Program-made: the position numbers and the translations under genes
In this document: one piece after another, positions 36,782 to 47,561 of the stretch
Numbering within the stretch: position 1 is the first letter of the stretch
Layout of the letters: every line of letters begins with the position of its first letter
Notes under the pieces: generated by a model
The model's input: the letters and a program-made list of their open reading frames with translations, nothing else
The model's database searches: none
What the model was told of the DNA's origin: nothing
Virus record (IMG/VR): IMGVR_UViG_3300042922_000836
Span: 32,001-96,000 of that record
From: a virus
Length of the DNA stretch: 64,000 bases
Reading direction: 5' to 3' (one strand)

Positions 36782-37973
36782 CTATCTTCACACACTTCAA
36801 ATTACCGACAACTGTACCGTTTTTAACATCTTCATAAGAGCATGACTTAATTAATTTAACATCAGGAGAAGGTGTTTTAAAATTGTTGGTTACGAAAGTT
36901 TTTGTAAAACATTTTCCGTTACAATAAAGATCAACGATATCACCAATATGTAATTCTTGACCTACAGAATCTGTTCTCGATATTAATACACCAATATTAC
37001 CATAAGTGTTATTTGTATAAGTACCTTTGATATAAGGTGTAAATTTAGGAGGATCATAATTATCCAAAATCTTATAATCTTCTGTATTGATATAGCCACA
37101 AGGCTGAGATATTATACGATCTGCAAAGATACATGAACAACTTGTTGCAGTTTTTGTTCTTACATAAACACCACCTGTGGATAGTTTAGACAAAGCAATG
37201 ACTTGTAATATATCGCCTACTTTAAATGCATCTTTATAAATTTTAATGTTTTTAACTTCAATCCAATCACCGACCTGAACTTTACGTTCAGCTTTTTCAA
37301 CAATTACTACTTTAACAATATCATTTTTACATAACCACCAGCAGTGTCCTTGTTTACCTTTACCCTCACCATTATGACCATATGTTATTTTTTCAAAGAA
37401 CTCGACACAAACAGATTTATTTTCAACTGCTATAATTTTTCCCTGTTTCATATAACAATTTTTATTTGAATTTTCATTGTTTATACTTTTTACAAAATCA
37501 TTTACTTTAAAATCTGAACTTAAATCTTCTGATACCTTTTCTGCTGATACCTTATCTTTAAGACCTAATCTTTCAAAAGCTAATGTAGCACCGATTTTAA
37601 AATCAAATGTATCAACAGGATTGCATTTTGCACATACCTCTTTAACCAAAAGACCGCTATCAAATAATTTTGCTGTGGTTACTTTACCGTCTGTTTCGAT
37701 ATTGATAGAATATTGTTTTTTATATGTAACAACTTCAACACCCATTAAGCTATTAATTAATGTATCAGAGCCAAAAGTGATATATCTTTCTTGAAAACCA
37801 GCATAAAAGGTATTTTTCTTATATTTATCCCATTTTGTAACTTTTTCTGTTTCATTCAACCAAATGAAACCACGATTATAACATTCATTTATAAAATCCT
37901 GTGCATCTTCTTCAGAATCACATTTGACTGCTAAATCTGTCCTTTTAAATTTCTCCCATTCGATATTATTCAT
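36768..37973 (-). CDS. Multi-module hypothetical protein
   Basis: Likely start MNNIEW behind GAAAGGA; repeated 'FKVGD/VQVGD/HIGD' SH3-like units. Confidence 0.55.
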   Translation of the reverse strand: MNNIEWEKFKRTDLAVKCDSEEDAQDFINECYNRGFIWLNETEKVTKWDKYKKNTFYAGFQERYITFGSDTLINSLMGVEVVTYKKQYSINIETDGKVTTAKLFDSGLLVKEVCAKCNPVDTFDFKIGATLAFERLGLKDKVSAEKVSEDLSSDFKVNDFVKSINNENSNKNCYMKQGKIIAVENKSVCVEFFEKITYGHNGEGKGKQGHCWWLCKNDIVKVVIVEKAERKVQVGDWIEVKNIKIYKDAFKVGDILQVIALSKLSTGGVYVRTKTATSCSCIFADRIISQPCGYINTEDYKILDNYDPPKFTPYIKGTYTNNTYGNIGVLISRTDSVGQELHIGDIVDLYCNGKCFTKTFVTNNFKTPSPDVKLIKSCSYEDVKNGTVVGNLKCVKIDENI

Positions 37974-38008
37974 TTTAAATTTTCCTTTCAAAATATGTAT
38001 TGTTTTTA

Positions 38009-38302
38009 TTATTTTATTTTTATTACTTTGTTTTTTTCCCAACAACAAGTTATGTTTTTGCTGAAATCTGGCATGATTACTAAAACTTCATTTTTAATAC
38101 CGCTAACTGTTCCCTCTAAGCTACTGTCTAAATTCCTGACATGATCACCTATGTAAATTTCATCAGGATTTACTGTTTTGCCTAATGCTACAACTCTTTG
38201 CATTGAATTAAGTGTTTTCCCTTTAGAATTTGATGTATTTAATTCTTCAAGAATAAAATTTAAAGCATCTAAAATTTCCTGTGCATTTTCCTGTGCAGAC
38301 AA
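38009..38302 (-). CDS. Hypothetical protein
   Basis: First gene after the promoter at 38374-38402. Confidence 0.5.
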   Translation of the reverse strand: MSAQENAQEILDALNFILEELNTSNSKGKTLNSMQRVVALGKTVNPDEIYIGDHVRNLDSSLEGTVSGIKNEVLVIMPDFSKNITCCWEKNKVIKIK

Positions 38303-38373
38303 TATATCACCTTCTTTCTTTAATGTATTATTTCTTTCTACGTTGTTATGTCATTATTACTTTCGACTTTAAT

Positions 38374-38402
38374 ATTATACTACCTTTTTTAAATAAAGTC
38401 AA
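38374..38402 (-). promoter_or_regulatory. Sigma-A promoter flanked by repeat-motif copies
   Basis: TTGACT-17 bp-TATAAT. Shares 'CCTATTGAC...AAAGGTAGTATAATATTA' with the promoter at 59454-59482. Confidence 0.75.
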
Positions 38403-38472
38403 TAGGTATTTTCACATTTCTGAAGAGTTTGCTTTTATGACGCAAAATTACTTTCGTCTTTAAAGACAACCC

Positions 38473-38991
38473 TTATTTCAATATTTTTAAATCCAAAACA
38501 GACCTACATATATTATATATCATTTCAGCACTATCCTTTGTAAATATGATATGTATATTGTATTTCGTCTGCAATTTTATAAGTGTCCTGTAAAAAGCCA
38601 ACTCATTATACTGGCTTTCATATCTGTGTGCCAAAATATCTTCCCAACTGCCATTTTCAATTATCAAAAATTTGTGTTCAATATTTTTGGTGCGTTTAAT
38701 TTCATTGCTAAACGCATCACTTTTAAAATTGTTTGCCAGCTCATCCAAGTTTTTCTTTCTTTCGATAAACAATTCATCGACAAAGTGAGTATCTTTCAAA
38801 AATCCCAGATCTGGATTAGCTTTAATTATAAAACCATAGTCACCACTTTCAAAGCTTTTATCCATATAAGAGATTTTATTTTGGTCAAACCACTTCTTAA
38901 TATGTTCATTTTTCTGTTCCCTTTTATCTATTTGAATAACCATATTAGACAGCAATTCCTTATATTGTTTTTCAGTATAGAAAATTCTCAT
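38473..38991 (-). CDS. ERCC4-domain nuclease (resolvase-like)
   Basis: IDKREQK, GDY, IERKK and LIIE motifs. ATGA overlap with the dnaE stop. Confidence 0.85.
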   Translation of the reverse strand: MRIFYTEKQYKELLSNMVIQIDKREQKNEHIKKWFDQNKISYMDKSFESGDYGFIIKANPDLGFLKDTHFVDELFIERKKNLDELANNFKSDAFSNEIKRTKNIEHKFLIIENGSWEDILAHRYESQYNELAFYRTLIKLQTKYNIHIIFTKDSAEMIYNICRSVLDLKILK

Positions 38992-41900
38992 CGTACCATC
39001 ACCCACTTTTTTAATATCTTTTCTGTTTCATCTTTTTGAACCCATTCATTGTTGGAATCCTTAAACCATTTCTTTTCTTCGGAACATTCAAGTGTCTTTA
39101 TAATATCGCCTTTTTCAAAAGCATTATCTTCAAATTGTTTTATCTTTGCTTTAACAATTTCCACTTCACCATTACAAAGTCTATATAATGTAATCTTAGG
39201 ATTCGTAAATTTAATTTCTATTTCAGTTACAAAAGCATATTCAGGTGAAAGATTTGGAATGATTGTCTGTATATAGCCTAAATGATCTAATTCATATTTA
39301 ATTCTTTCATTCATAGGAATATCTTTATTATCGAGAGTATCCCAAATTTCCCTTAAACTTCTGTCATAATCAAAATTCCGATATAATTTGTCAGTTTGCT
39401 CAGAATATTCAGTTATGTATTTTTTATAGTTTTCATTTAAATTTTCTTTATTAAACTGCGTTCTTTCATATAAATCATCTACACATTTTATAAAGTTTTT
39501 TATCTTTGTAATTGAACCAAACTCATCAAAATAACCGATTTCAACTAAAGTATTTATTTTAGAACTATCAAGGCTCTTTATTTTTTTCAGTGCTTTCAAT
39601 AAATCATAGAAATTATCGAATTTTTGTTTTTGTGATAAAGAATATAGGTCATCAGCACACTTTTGACTCAATCCTTTAATAGAAAGCAAAGATGAATATA
39701 TAACCATGTTTTTCTTATCAGCAACAAACTTACGGTTATCTGCACCCCATTCAAATTTACCCTCTTTAATATTAAATGCTTTTGTCATTTCTTGCTTTAA
39801 TTCTGCAACCTTATCTTTTTTGCCTTTATCCGAATAGACTTGCAATAAAACCTCATAGAATTCATAAGGGTAATAAGCTTTGAGATATGCACAATACAGA
39901 GAATCAAGTGCCATACAGAAAGCATGAGCCGAATTAAATCCATAACCGCAACTATCACTTATGATTTGCCATACTTTTTCTGACATTTCTGTTGCCTCTA
40001 TGTCTGTTACATTCACACCTTCTTTAATTTTCTCTTTAAATCCCTCTATGAATTTTGATTTCAATGGTCTTACCTTTTCAGGATGTTTTTTAGCAATAGC
40101 TTTAATAATACCATAACATTGATCAATAGGAAATCCCGCATAGTTTAAAGTATTCATAGTTTGCTCTTGGTACAAAATGAATGATTGTGGAAATTCTTTT
40201 GTCTGTATGAGGTTATCAAAAGCTTTAATACCATAACTAAATGGCTCTCTTGATTTAAATTTTGAATACATTGACTTAAATGCAGGTCGGATACCCGCTA
40301 TAAAAGCTGAAAGTTCTGAAATATTTTTCGGTTGATATTCCATGGCTTTTTTCTTTGTGGAATCTTTTTCAACCTGATTGACACCAATCGTATAACCATA
40401 TTTATAAATATCCCAGATCTTTTCATTGTCTTTTACTATTTCCATCAATTGATTGACAGTATGCGGTTTCATTTTTATCCGTTTATAAATCAAATCAATT
40501 AACAGAACAACATCGACTTTAAGAAGGTCATTTTTTAAGAACTTGTAATTTTCAGCAATAGCACCATCAATGACTGTTGTTATATATTCTTTTTTTGTAC
40601 TTTCACTTTTACATTTAATTAAGCCAATTTCTTCTCTGATATTTCCTTGATATAGCAAATAACCGCAAGGTGCTTTTTTCTTATCTGAAATAACACCCCA
40701 ATATGGTTTACTTTGAGTTATGTAATCATGATATTTTTCATCTACAAAATCATAAATGCTTAAATCTTCTTTTTCATCATCATCCGCATATTTTTCAGCT
40801 TCATCATACTGCTCTATTTGTTTGGAAATTTCATTAGCTATTTCAAAGTCCAAATTTTTTGCCCTTGCAAACAATTTAAATGCTGATTTCTTTTTAAATG
40901 TTCCGAAAGCAATCATTGGATATGCATGTCCTTTTCCTAAAATCTGTTCTTGAGCTTCTGCAAAAACCTCTGGATTACCACAGTTCATATCAAGGTCAGG
41001 TAAACTTCGTGTTTCCAAAATACGGCTTTCGGAAATAAAACGTTCAGGATAAAGCTTTATGGGAGAAGTAAATCTGTCAACTTTACTAAAACCTAAAAGA
41101 GTATTTGTAAAATATCCGACACCAGAACCTCTTCCGCTATTTGTTATAATTCCACCCAGTTCTTCGGCTTTTTTTACAATTGCATAGTCAAATAAGAAAT
41201 AATCTGCCATACCTGTTTTTTTAATTACATCAACTTCATTTTTAACACCCTCATAATATCTGTCATATTCAGATTCAGGTATATTCTTCATATACTCTTT
41301 AAATTTTGCAGTAATCAATCTACTGTAAATTTTATTTTTTTCTTCTTGCGTATTATTTGGGTACACAGTTGGAAGTTTAATATCATTATTTAATACAATA
41401 TCTTCAAAACTTAAAACAATATCGGTATTATCCATGGCTCTTTTAATTTGCTCACTGTTTAAAATACCCTGTTTAATAAATCTATTTTTTGTTGTTTCAT
41501 CATCAGGATAATCCATAAACCAGCCATCTTCTTCATCATAATGAATACCTTTTGCCTCTAATACATAAGTCCTTTCTTTTTCCTGTTCAGGATAAATATA
41601 GTGACTATCCATTCCGACAATAATATCAATTCCGTATTTTTCTGATAAATTAAGAATATATTTATTAATTATTCTCTGCTTATCCGTTAAATGATATTGC
41701 ACTTCAAGCATTAAATTATCTTTAAAATGATTATGTAATTGCATGATAATTTCATCAATTTCAGCATACTGCCAGAAAGCAATACAGGCAGTAGTTACAA
41801 ACACATCATCAGGTGGAAGAGAAAGTAATAACTCAATATCAACTCTTGGTTTATAATAATAACCACTTTCGTTTGCATCGGAAAGAATACGATTTATTGC

Positions 41901-42185
41901 TCTTCTTCCTGTTTCATTTTTAGCAAGAATAACAATATGTCCGTTTGTTCTATCTTTCTCAGAACGATCTTTAACCCAATATGCCTCAGTTCCAAAAATA
42001 AATTTAAGGTTATATTTTTTTGCCATTTCATAGGTTTCATAGTAATAAGACTGCCATCCATGGTCTACACTTGATAATACTTTATGTCCTAATTCGATAC
42101 ATCTTTTTGCATAATCCTCATATGATGCGGCAGAATCAGGTGTAAATATATTTGAGTAATATGTATGTTTATGATAATTCTGCAT
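38988..42185 (-). CDS. dnaE: DNA polymerase III alpha subunit (DnaE-type)
   Basis: PHP domain HKHT.YS, GRGSG, PDLDMN, FLKNDLL, YQEQ and YGFNSAHA motifs. Confidence 0.95.
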   Translation of the reverse strand: MQNYHKHTYYSNIFTPDSAASYEDYAKRCIELGHKVLSSVDHGWQSYYYETYEMAKKYNLKFIFGTEAYWVKDRSEKDRTNGHIVILAKNETGRRAINRILSDANESGYYYKPRVDIELLLSLPPDDVFVTTACIAFWQYAEIDEIIMQLHNHFKDNLMLEVQYHLTDKQRIINKYILNLSEKYGIDIIVGMDSHYIYPEQEKERTYVLEAKGIHYDEEDGWFMDYPDDETTKNRFIKQGILNSEQIKRAMDNTDIVLSFEDIVLNNDIKLPTVYPNNTQEEKNKIYSRLITAKFKEYMKNIPESEYDRYYEGVKNEVDVIKKTGMADYFLFDYAIVKKAEELGGIITNSGRGSGVGYFTNTLLGFSKVDRFTSPIKLYPERFISESRILETRSLPDLDMNCGNPEVFAEAQEQILGKGHAYPMIAFGTFKKKSAFKLFARAKNLDFEIANEISKQIEQYDEAEKYADDDEKEDLSIYDFVDEKYHDYITQSKPYWGVISDKKKAPCGYLLYQGNIREEIGLIKCKSESTKKEYITTVIDGAIAENYKFLKNDLLKVDVVLLIDLIYKRIKMKPHTVNQLMEIVKDNEKIWDIYKYGYTIGVNQVEKDSTKKKAMEYQPKNISELSAFIAGIRPAFKSMYSKFKSREPFSYGIKAFDNLIQTKEFPQSFILYQEQTMNTLNYAGFPIDQCYGIIKAIAKKHPEKVRPLKSKFIEGFKEKIKEGVNVTDIEATEMSEKVWQIISDSCGYGFNSAHAFCMALDSLYCAYLKAYYPYEFYEVLLQVYSDKGKKDKVAELKQEMTKAFNIKEGKFEWGADNRKFVADKKNMVIYSSLLSIKGLSQKCADDLYSLSQKQKFDNFYDLLKALKKIKSLDSSKINTLVEIGYFDEFGSITKIKNFIKCVDDLYERTQFNKENLNENYKKYITEYSEQTDKLYRNFDYDRSLREIWDTLDNKDIPMNERIKYELDHLGYIQTIIPNLSPEYAFVTEIEIKFTNPKITLYRLCNGEVEIVKAKIKQFEDNAFEKGDIIKTLECSEEKKWFKDSNNEWVQKDETEKILKKWVMVR

Positions 42186-42197
42186 TATATTACTCCT

Positions 42198-43295
42198 TTA
42201 AAATAAATCTTCATCGTTATTATTAAATTGTGAATCCTTTGTATCTAAAAACTTTTTAATATGAGGACATGATTTTCTATGATTGCACAAAACTGTACAA
42301 AAGAAAGTATCTTCGACAGCTTTACCGCTTTTATTGTATTTGGTGAAATTTTTTACTTTCCATTCACTCTCTTTGTCAGATTTATTTTCAAATCTTTTAA
42401 TCATTTCCGTAATATATTCAATGGTTTCTCTTCTGACTTCATCTGTCAATTCGTATTTTCTCACATATGGTTTTATTGTATATTTGTCTATAACACTTGA
42501 TGGTAAATTACTAAGTGAGTTATTTTTTAATGATTCTGTCAGCATATTTTCTACATCGAATTCATCATACCCTAAGTCATATAAGTTTTTTTCAAGATAC
42601 GGTTTTAATTCTGATACAAGCTTACCACGATTAATTACTTTCGACTGCGTTGTTTCAGATTTAGAGGTTTTTTTGGTTTTTCCCATAAAAGTAACTTCAC
42701 AATATTTAACCATTATCCAAGCAACAAGCTTTACTTTGTTTCCCTCTTGCTCTTTAGCCATTGCATATAAACAAAGCTGTCTTCCCGCCTTAATTAAGCT
42801 TTCATTGTCGAAATCAGTTGATGTTTTATAATCAAAGATTGAAATTGTATCATCATTATTATGCCTGATTAAATCAGTGTAACCTTGTAGATATACATCC
42901 TCATTCAGTTTATAAAGTATCAATTCCTCAGTAGTAAAGTATCCATATGGTCTTCTGTAATTTTCGCAGAAGTGGTTCATATCCTTTAACCAATTTTCTC
43001 TTATTTTTTCATTGGGGAAATCTACTCCGACAAGGTCAAGTTCCTCCAGCTCTTTATGTAATGCAATTTTCAAATCTTCTTCAGTTGCCTCATCATTCAT
43101 AAGCAATTCCAAAGTATCATGAATAATTGAGCCGAGAATAGAATAAACACCGTCAATACCTTTATCATGTTTTATGTAAGTTCGCCATGCACTGTATTCA
43201 CATTCATGAATTGTGTTTAGTTTGCTGATAGAGTAAATTCGTTTTTTTAATTCATATAACTTTTCAAGTCTTTCATCTTTTTCACGTATGCCTAT
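42198..43295 (-). CDS. PD-(D/E)XK (RecB/Cas4-like) nuclease (probable ATA start)
   Basis: GYTDL...DYKTS...QLCLY and C-terminal Cys cluster. The N-terminal 'YSISKL...C...LGSIIHD.LE' lies upstream of the track start, back to an ATA at 43295. Confidence 0.8.
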   Translation of the reverse strand: MGIREKDERLEKLYELKKRIYSISKLNTIHECEYSAWRTYIKHDKGIDGVYSILGSIIHDTLELLMNDEATEEDLKIALHKELEELDLVGVDFPNEKIRENWLKDMNHFCENYRRPYGYFTTEELILYKLNEDVYLQGYTDLIRHNNDDTISIFDYKTSTDFDNESLIKAGRQLCLYAMAKEQEGNKVKLVAWIMVKYCEVTFMGKTKKTSKSETTQSKVINRGKLVSELKPYLEKNLYDLGYDEFDVENMLTESLKNNSLSNLPSSVIDKYTIKPYVRKYELTDEVRRETIEYITEMIKRFENKSDKESEWKVKNFTKYNKSGKAVEDTFFCTVLCNHRKSCPHIKKFLDTKDSQFNNNDEDLF

Positions 43296-43310
43296 AATTA
43301 TCTTCCTTTC

Positions 43311-44333
43311 TTATAACCATATTGTACATTCCTGAATGATTTTCTTAAAAATATCTTTTGGCATGTCACAAGGAGATAATTTACTGTCCTTTGGCAAATA
43401 TTTATTTTCCAAATCATAAATAAAGCCAATTTGATTTTGAAACATCAAATTATCAACCTGTAATTTTTTACATTCCTCAATGATATCTTCGATTTTTAAA
43501 CCTTCATCATAACATACAATGTATCTTTTAATTAATAAAGCTTTTAAATATTTTGCTTGTATGTCGGATATATGACAACCGCAACTTGCGACTGCATTGT
43601 TACAACCCATACTGAATAATTTCATTATTGATTTTTCACTTTCTACAATTAAACATAAATCTTTTTCTTGAATTGCCGAATAATTTTTAGCATAACCATA
43701 GAGTGTTAAACTCCGACTACAAGGAATAATGGGTAAATATCTTTCCTCTTTTGCACAATGCTTATCATTTAATCTTCCCATTATTCCGATTAATTTATTA
43801 TCTAATGAATATTCAGGAATGGTAATCCTATTTGTTGTAAAATCATAACCAATACCGAATTCTTCTTGTGCTTGAAAGTCTATTCCGTCTTTAAAAAACA
43901 GCATATTATATTTGTTTTTATATGGCTCTAAAATGCTTTCAGGATATGTTTTCATAGATAGTTCAGGCTCTACAATATCTTTAAGAAGATCCTTATAAAA
44001 CCCGCCAAATGGAAATTTTACATCAGTTTGGAATTGAGATTTTTCCAACCCAGCTTTTTCTGTTATATAATCTAATGCTTGTAAAAAGCTTATTTCTTTC
44101 TTTTTCATGCATAAGGTATATAAATTTCCTTTATCATTATTGCTGAAACAATGGTATGACAAAGTATTTAAATTGAAAACAGTTGATGTAGGATTTCTGC
44201 CTGATTCTCTTGCAAACCGTAATATTTCCTTTGTTTTATCATGAGAAATATTATCAAATCCCAAATCTTCCAATATTGAAATAACAGTTTCGGTGTTATT
44301 GCTTAAATAATCTGTTAATGCAATTAAATTGAT
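43311..44333 (-). CDS. dnaG: DNA primase (probable ATC start)
   Basis: RITIP, GIMGR, LYGY, IVESEKS and YDEG TOPRIM motifs. The frame extends to ATC at 44333 behind GGAGGTG. Confidence 0.8.
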   Translation of the reverse strand: MNLIALTDYLSNNTETVISILEDLGFDNISHDKTKEILRFARESGRNPTSTVFNLNTLSYHCFSNNDKGNLYTLCMKKKEISFLQALDYITEKAGLEKSQFQTDVKFPFGGFYKDLLKDIVEPELSMKTYPESILEPYKNKYNMLFFKDGIDFQAQEEFGIGYDFTTNRITIPEYSLDNKLIGIMGRLNDKHCAKEERYLPIIPCSRSLTLYGYAKNYSAIQEKDLCLIVESEKSIMKLFSMGCNNAVASCGCHISDIQAKYLKALLIKRYIVCYDEGLKIEDIIEECKKLQVDNLMFQNQIGFIYDLENKYLPKDSKLSPCDMPKDIFKKIIQECTIWL

Positions 44334-44365
44334 GTAGCATCACCTCCCCTATCTTGCTTTATATT

Positions 44366-45835
44366 TTATTGGTGTGTATTGACTACTGTACAATATCCTA
44401 CTTCAGTCCATTTATTATATCTGCCATTAAATTCATAGACCAACTGTACATTAGTTTCATCATTTCTACTTTTGTCTAAAAAGAATATTTTATATGTTTT
44501 ATTTTTATCAAGAGTTATCATTTTCCTGATTTTTGAATATTTACCGTTTTCATCTCTTTCAAGCTGATACGGTTTTACATCATATCTTTCGTTTTCAAAT
44601 TCATCTGCCCATATATCACGAAAGTAAACCATTTCAGAAAATACTTCTTTTATTTGTTTAGCATTACTTAGACAACTTGCGTTTAAATACCTTTGATTTA
44701 AAGTGTGTAATGCCAACTGATATGTAGTGACAATTGCAATATTTTCTTTACTTGCAAGTTGCAATAATTTTCTTGACTGCATTAAAAGTTGTTGCCACAT
44801 TGAATTATCATCAATTTCATCTTCACTTTTAAATGTGTCATACATAACCAAGTTATAACCAAGTTTGCTGTACTTTCGGATATATTTTGTAATCTTATTC
44901 ATATCATTATCAAACATCTTATAAAACTTGATTGTCTTATATTTTTCATTGGCTATATCCTTTGCTTTATTTAACATATCAAGTTGTTCTTGTGTAAAAT
45001 TGCCCATTTTAATTTTTTTACGAGTAAGATCCCAATAATTTAATTCTTGCGTTAAAATATGAATCAATAATAAAATTTTGAAAGCCTCTGATTTTTGTTC
45101 GTTACTTATGACAATACATTTGATACCACTTTCACAAGCTGGTATTATCATATTTTCAAAAACGAAAGATGATTTTCCACCACCTGAATAAGAACTTAAC
45201 ATAAACAATTCAGATAAGGGAATTCCTAAAGTTAAATAATTTAATATTTTGCATATCTTTCCATAAGCAATTCCCATAGTTGAACCTTTATTACATTCGG
45301 CAATGAAATCATCATCTATTTCAAGAGTTTCAATATTCATATCATGACTTACATTTATCGCAACACTATTTAACTGATAATCAAAAAAATCATAAACATC
45401 TTGGCTTGTCATATTTTTGAATTTGTTTAAATTCTGCAAAATATTAAAACCTTTATCGTAATACTGTAACATTATATTTGCTTTAACAATTTTATCGTGA
45501 TAAGCATCAATATTATCTGTATTTATCAAATTTTTCAAATCTTCAACTGTCCTGCATCCACCCATTTCATCAAATTTTGATTTTACATTTGGCTTGTCCT
45601 GTAAAAACGTAAATATTGATACAGAATCAAAAGATTTAAATCCTTGATTATACATTTGTTTTCCGAGAGAAAAGTAAAATATGCCATCATCCGTTAATAT
45701 TGTTTCGTCACCATTTTCATTTATCTTGCCATAATCATCATATAAATCAGGCTCTTTCCACAAACAAAAAATAAAGGAAGCCTCAATACTTTCTCTGCCA
45801 TTAGTTAACTCTGCTGGATACTTTTTTAAATCTAT
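44366..45835 (-). CDS. dnaB: DnaB-like replicative helicase (probable ATA start)
   Basis: SGGGKSS, SNEQ, YDTFK, YQL and DKSR motifs. ATA overlaps the upstream TAG. Confidence 0.85.
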   Translation of the reverse strand: MDLKKYPAELTNGRESIEASFIFCLWKEPDLYDDYGKINENGDETILTDDGIFYFSLGKQMYNQGFKSFDSVSIFTFLQDKPNVKSKFDEMGGCRTVEDLKNLINTDNIDAYHDKIVKANIMLQYYDKGFNILQNLNKFKNMTSQDVYDFFDYQLNSVAINVSHDMNIETLEIDDDFIAECNKGSTMGIAYGKICKILNYLTLGIPLSELFMLSSYSGGGKSSFVFENMIIPACESGIKCIVISNEQKSEAFKILLLIHILTQELNYWDLTRKKIKMGNFTQEQLDMLNKAKDIANEKYKTIKFYKMFDNDMNKITKYIRKYSKLGYNLVMYDTFKSEDEIDDNSMWQQLLMQSRKLLQLASKENIAIVTTYQLALHTLNQRYLNASCLSNAKQIKEVFSEMVYFRDIWADEFENERYDVKPYQLERDENGKYSKIRKMITLDKNKTYKIFFLDKSRNDETNVQLVYEFNGRYNKWTEVGYCTVVNTHQ

Positions 45836-46353
45836 ACTTCGTCATCTCCTAAAAATTTACTTATATCTTTTCTATCTTTTTGATTATTGTTATTATTAAT
45901 ATCTGCCATATCTCTTGCAGTGTCTATACATATAATTTTCATTTCACTGTTTTGCCTTGATTTTACACGTTTTTTATCTTCATATACTTGATTGATATTG
46001 TTATTTATAATTCCAAAAATATAGGCTATTTTAAGACTTTCATTTTCAAAATCCTTTTGCCTTAATGCCTTTTTAATTTTTTCATCTTGCTGTTCGATTG
46101 TTTCTAAAATAACTTCATTACTATAAAAGTTAAGTTCATTTAATTTACGAGTTAATATTGTATTAAACTTTTGACCTTTTTCATAGTTCAAAAATTCATA
46201 ACAGATATGATCAACTATTTTTCTATATAAAGTTTTAGGTTTCTGAAATTCATCATAGACTTCTTGTGATTTATAATATTTATTCTTAATTTTAATGAAT
46301 TCATCAGTATAACCTATTTCGCCTGTTATTGTACATTTACATTTTCTTCTCAT
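45832..46353 (-). CDS. Putative helicase loader/replication accessory protein
   Basis: Lies between the AAA protein and the helicase, as in SPbeta-like replication modules. Start MRRKCKC. Confidence 0.5.
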   Translation of the reverse strand: MRRKCKCTITGEIGYTDEFIKIKNKYYKSQEVYDEFQKPKTLYRKIVDHICYEFLNYEKGQKFNTILTRKLNELNFYSNEVILETIEQQDEKIKKALRQKDFENESLKIAYIFGIINNNINQVYEDKKRVKSRQNSEMKIICIDTARDMADINNNNNQKDRKDISKFLGDDEV

Positions 46354-46397
46354 ATTAACACCCCCAAGGAAAGGTGGGTAATACCCACCTATTTTAA

Positions 46398-47498
46398 TTA
46401 CTGTTCTAAAAGTGCAACGATTTCGCAAAGAACATCAACAGGTAATTTTTCATCAGTAAATTTCTTACAATTGCTTTCGGCTAATTTTGCTTTTGCACTT
46501 GCTTTTACAGAATCTGATGCTTTAATGAATTTATCAGAAATAATGGCAAGATAATTTTGTCTTAAATCAATATTTGCGGTTTCATCATCGACTTCATGCT
46601 CTTTTTTTATTGCTATTTCTGCCTGTTTTTCATGCTGTTTTTCTTCTGCTTTTTTCATATTATTTAATTCACTTTCAGAAACAGGTTCTGTAATTGAGTT
46701 TTTAACACCATATTCAAAAGCTTCAAGAAATGCCTCTGGTGATAAATCAATCTTTTCAGGTAATACAGTAAATCTGCTACCCGCATCGATAAATGAATTA
46801 CCTCTTAAATAAATAATTCTATGTTCACCGAGAATTTTACCGTCTACAATTTCTCTATCTATACCACCGACCATAACCATCTGTGCTGTATCGGCAATAG
46901 CAGAGTAAATATTGTCCTGAAGGTTATTTGTGATTTGTTCATACTTTTCACCACTGAATAAATCGGTTTTTTCCTTCAACTTTGTATGACACAGAATAAA
47001 TACTGCTATACCAGCATTTCTTAAACGAGCCATTTGGTCATTTATAAGAAGTATTAATCTATCTTTGCCACGATTATAACCACCAAATGCATCATTCAAT
47101 GATTTACAAGGAGTACCTTTTTCTTTCTTATGTAATCTGAAAACTTCTTTTGTAGCCACATCAACCATTGTGTCGAAAGTATCAAAGCAAATTCCCTTTA
47201 TACCATAAGTTTTATTATTTTCGACTATATCATCAACAATCTGTTCAAAACCTCTGGTTTCTGTTTCCTCATCATAATCCTGTGACCAATCTGTTGCAAC
47301 TTCAACTTGTAAATTATCGAGTGAATGATAACCTTCCTCATTTCCAAAGGATACAAGCAATCCCTTTGTTTCATCACCCCATGCCTTTTTAACAAGCTTT
47401 GACCACCATGTAGTTTTACCAAATTTTCTTGGTGCAAGAAACATATAATGCGGATAACTACATAAATCCACTTTAACCTTATTCAATTTAAATCCCAT
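46398..47498 (-). CDS. AAA_24 (Sak4-like) ATPase
   Basis: APRKFGKTT, FDTFD, ILCH and AGSRF motifs. Confidence 0.8.
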   Translation of the reverse strand: MGFKLNKVKVDLCSYPHYMFLAPRKFGKTTWWSKLVKKAWGDETKGLLVSFGNEEGYHSLDNLQVEVATDWSQDYDEETETRGFEQIVDDIVENNKTYGIKGICFDTFDTMVDVATKEVFRLHKKEKGTPCKSLNDAFGGYNRGKDRLILLINDQMARLRNAGIAVFILCHTKLKEKTDLFSGEKYEQITNNLQDNIYSAIADTAQMVMVGGIDREIVDGKILGEHRIIYLRGNSFIDAGSRFTVLPEKIDLSPEAFLEAFEYGVKNSITEPVSESELNNMKKAEEKQHEKQAEIAIKKEHEVDDETANIDLRQNYLAIISDKFIKASDSVKASAKAKLAESNCKKFTDEKLPVDVLCEIVALLEQ

Positions 47499-47561
47499 AA
47501 TAAAATCCTTCTTTCTTTTTATAAGGTGGCAGATTGACTGCCACCATAATTTAATTTAATT

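Noticed and set aside
18525-45835. Inteins or group I introns in nrdJ, dnaE or the helicase
   Set aside because: The ORFs are continuous and of normal length, with no splice motifs seen; the endonucleases are free-standing.
46372-47545. GC-rich hairpins at 46372-46390 and 47525-47545 as terminators or an origin
   Set aside because: They lack a clear U-tract in the transcribed (minus) direction and no iterons were seen; possibly mRNA stability elements.
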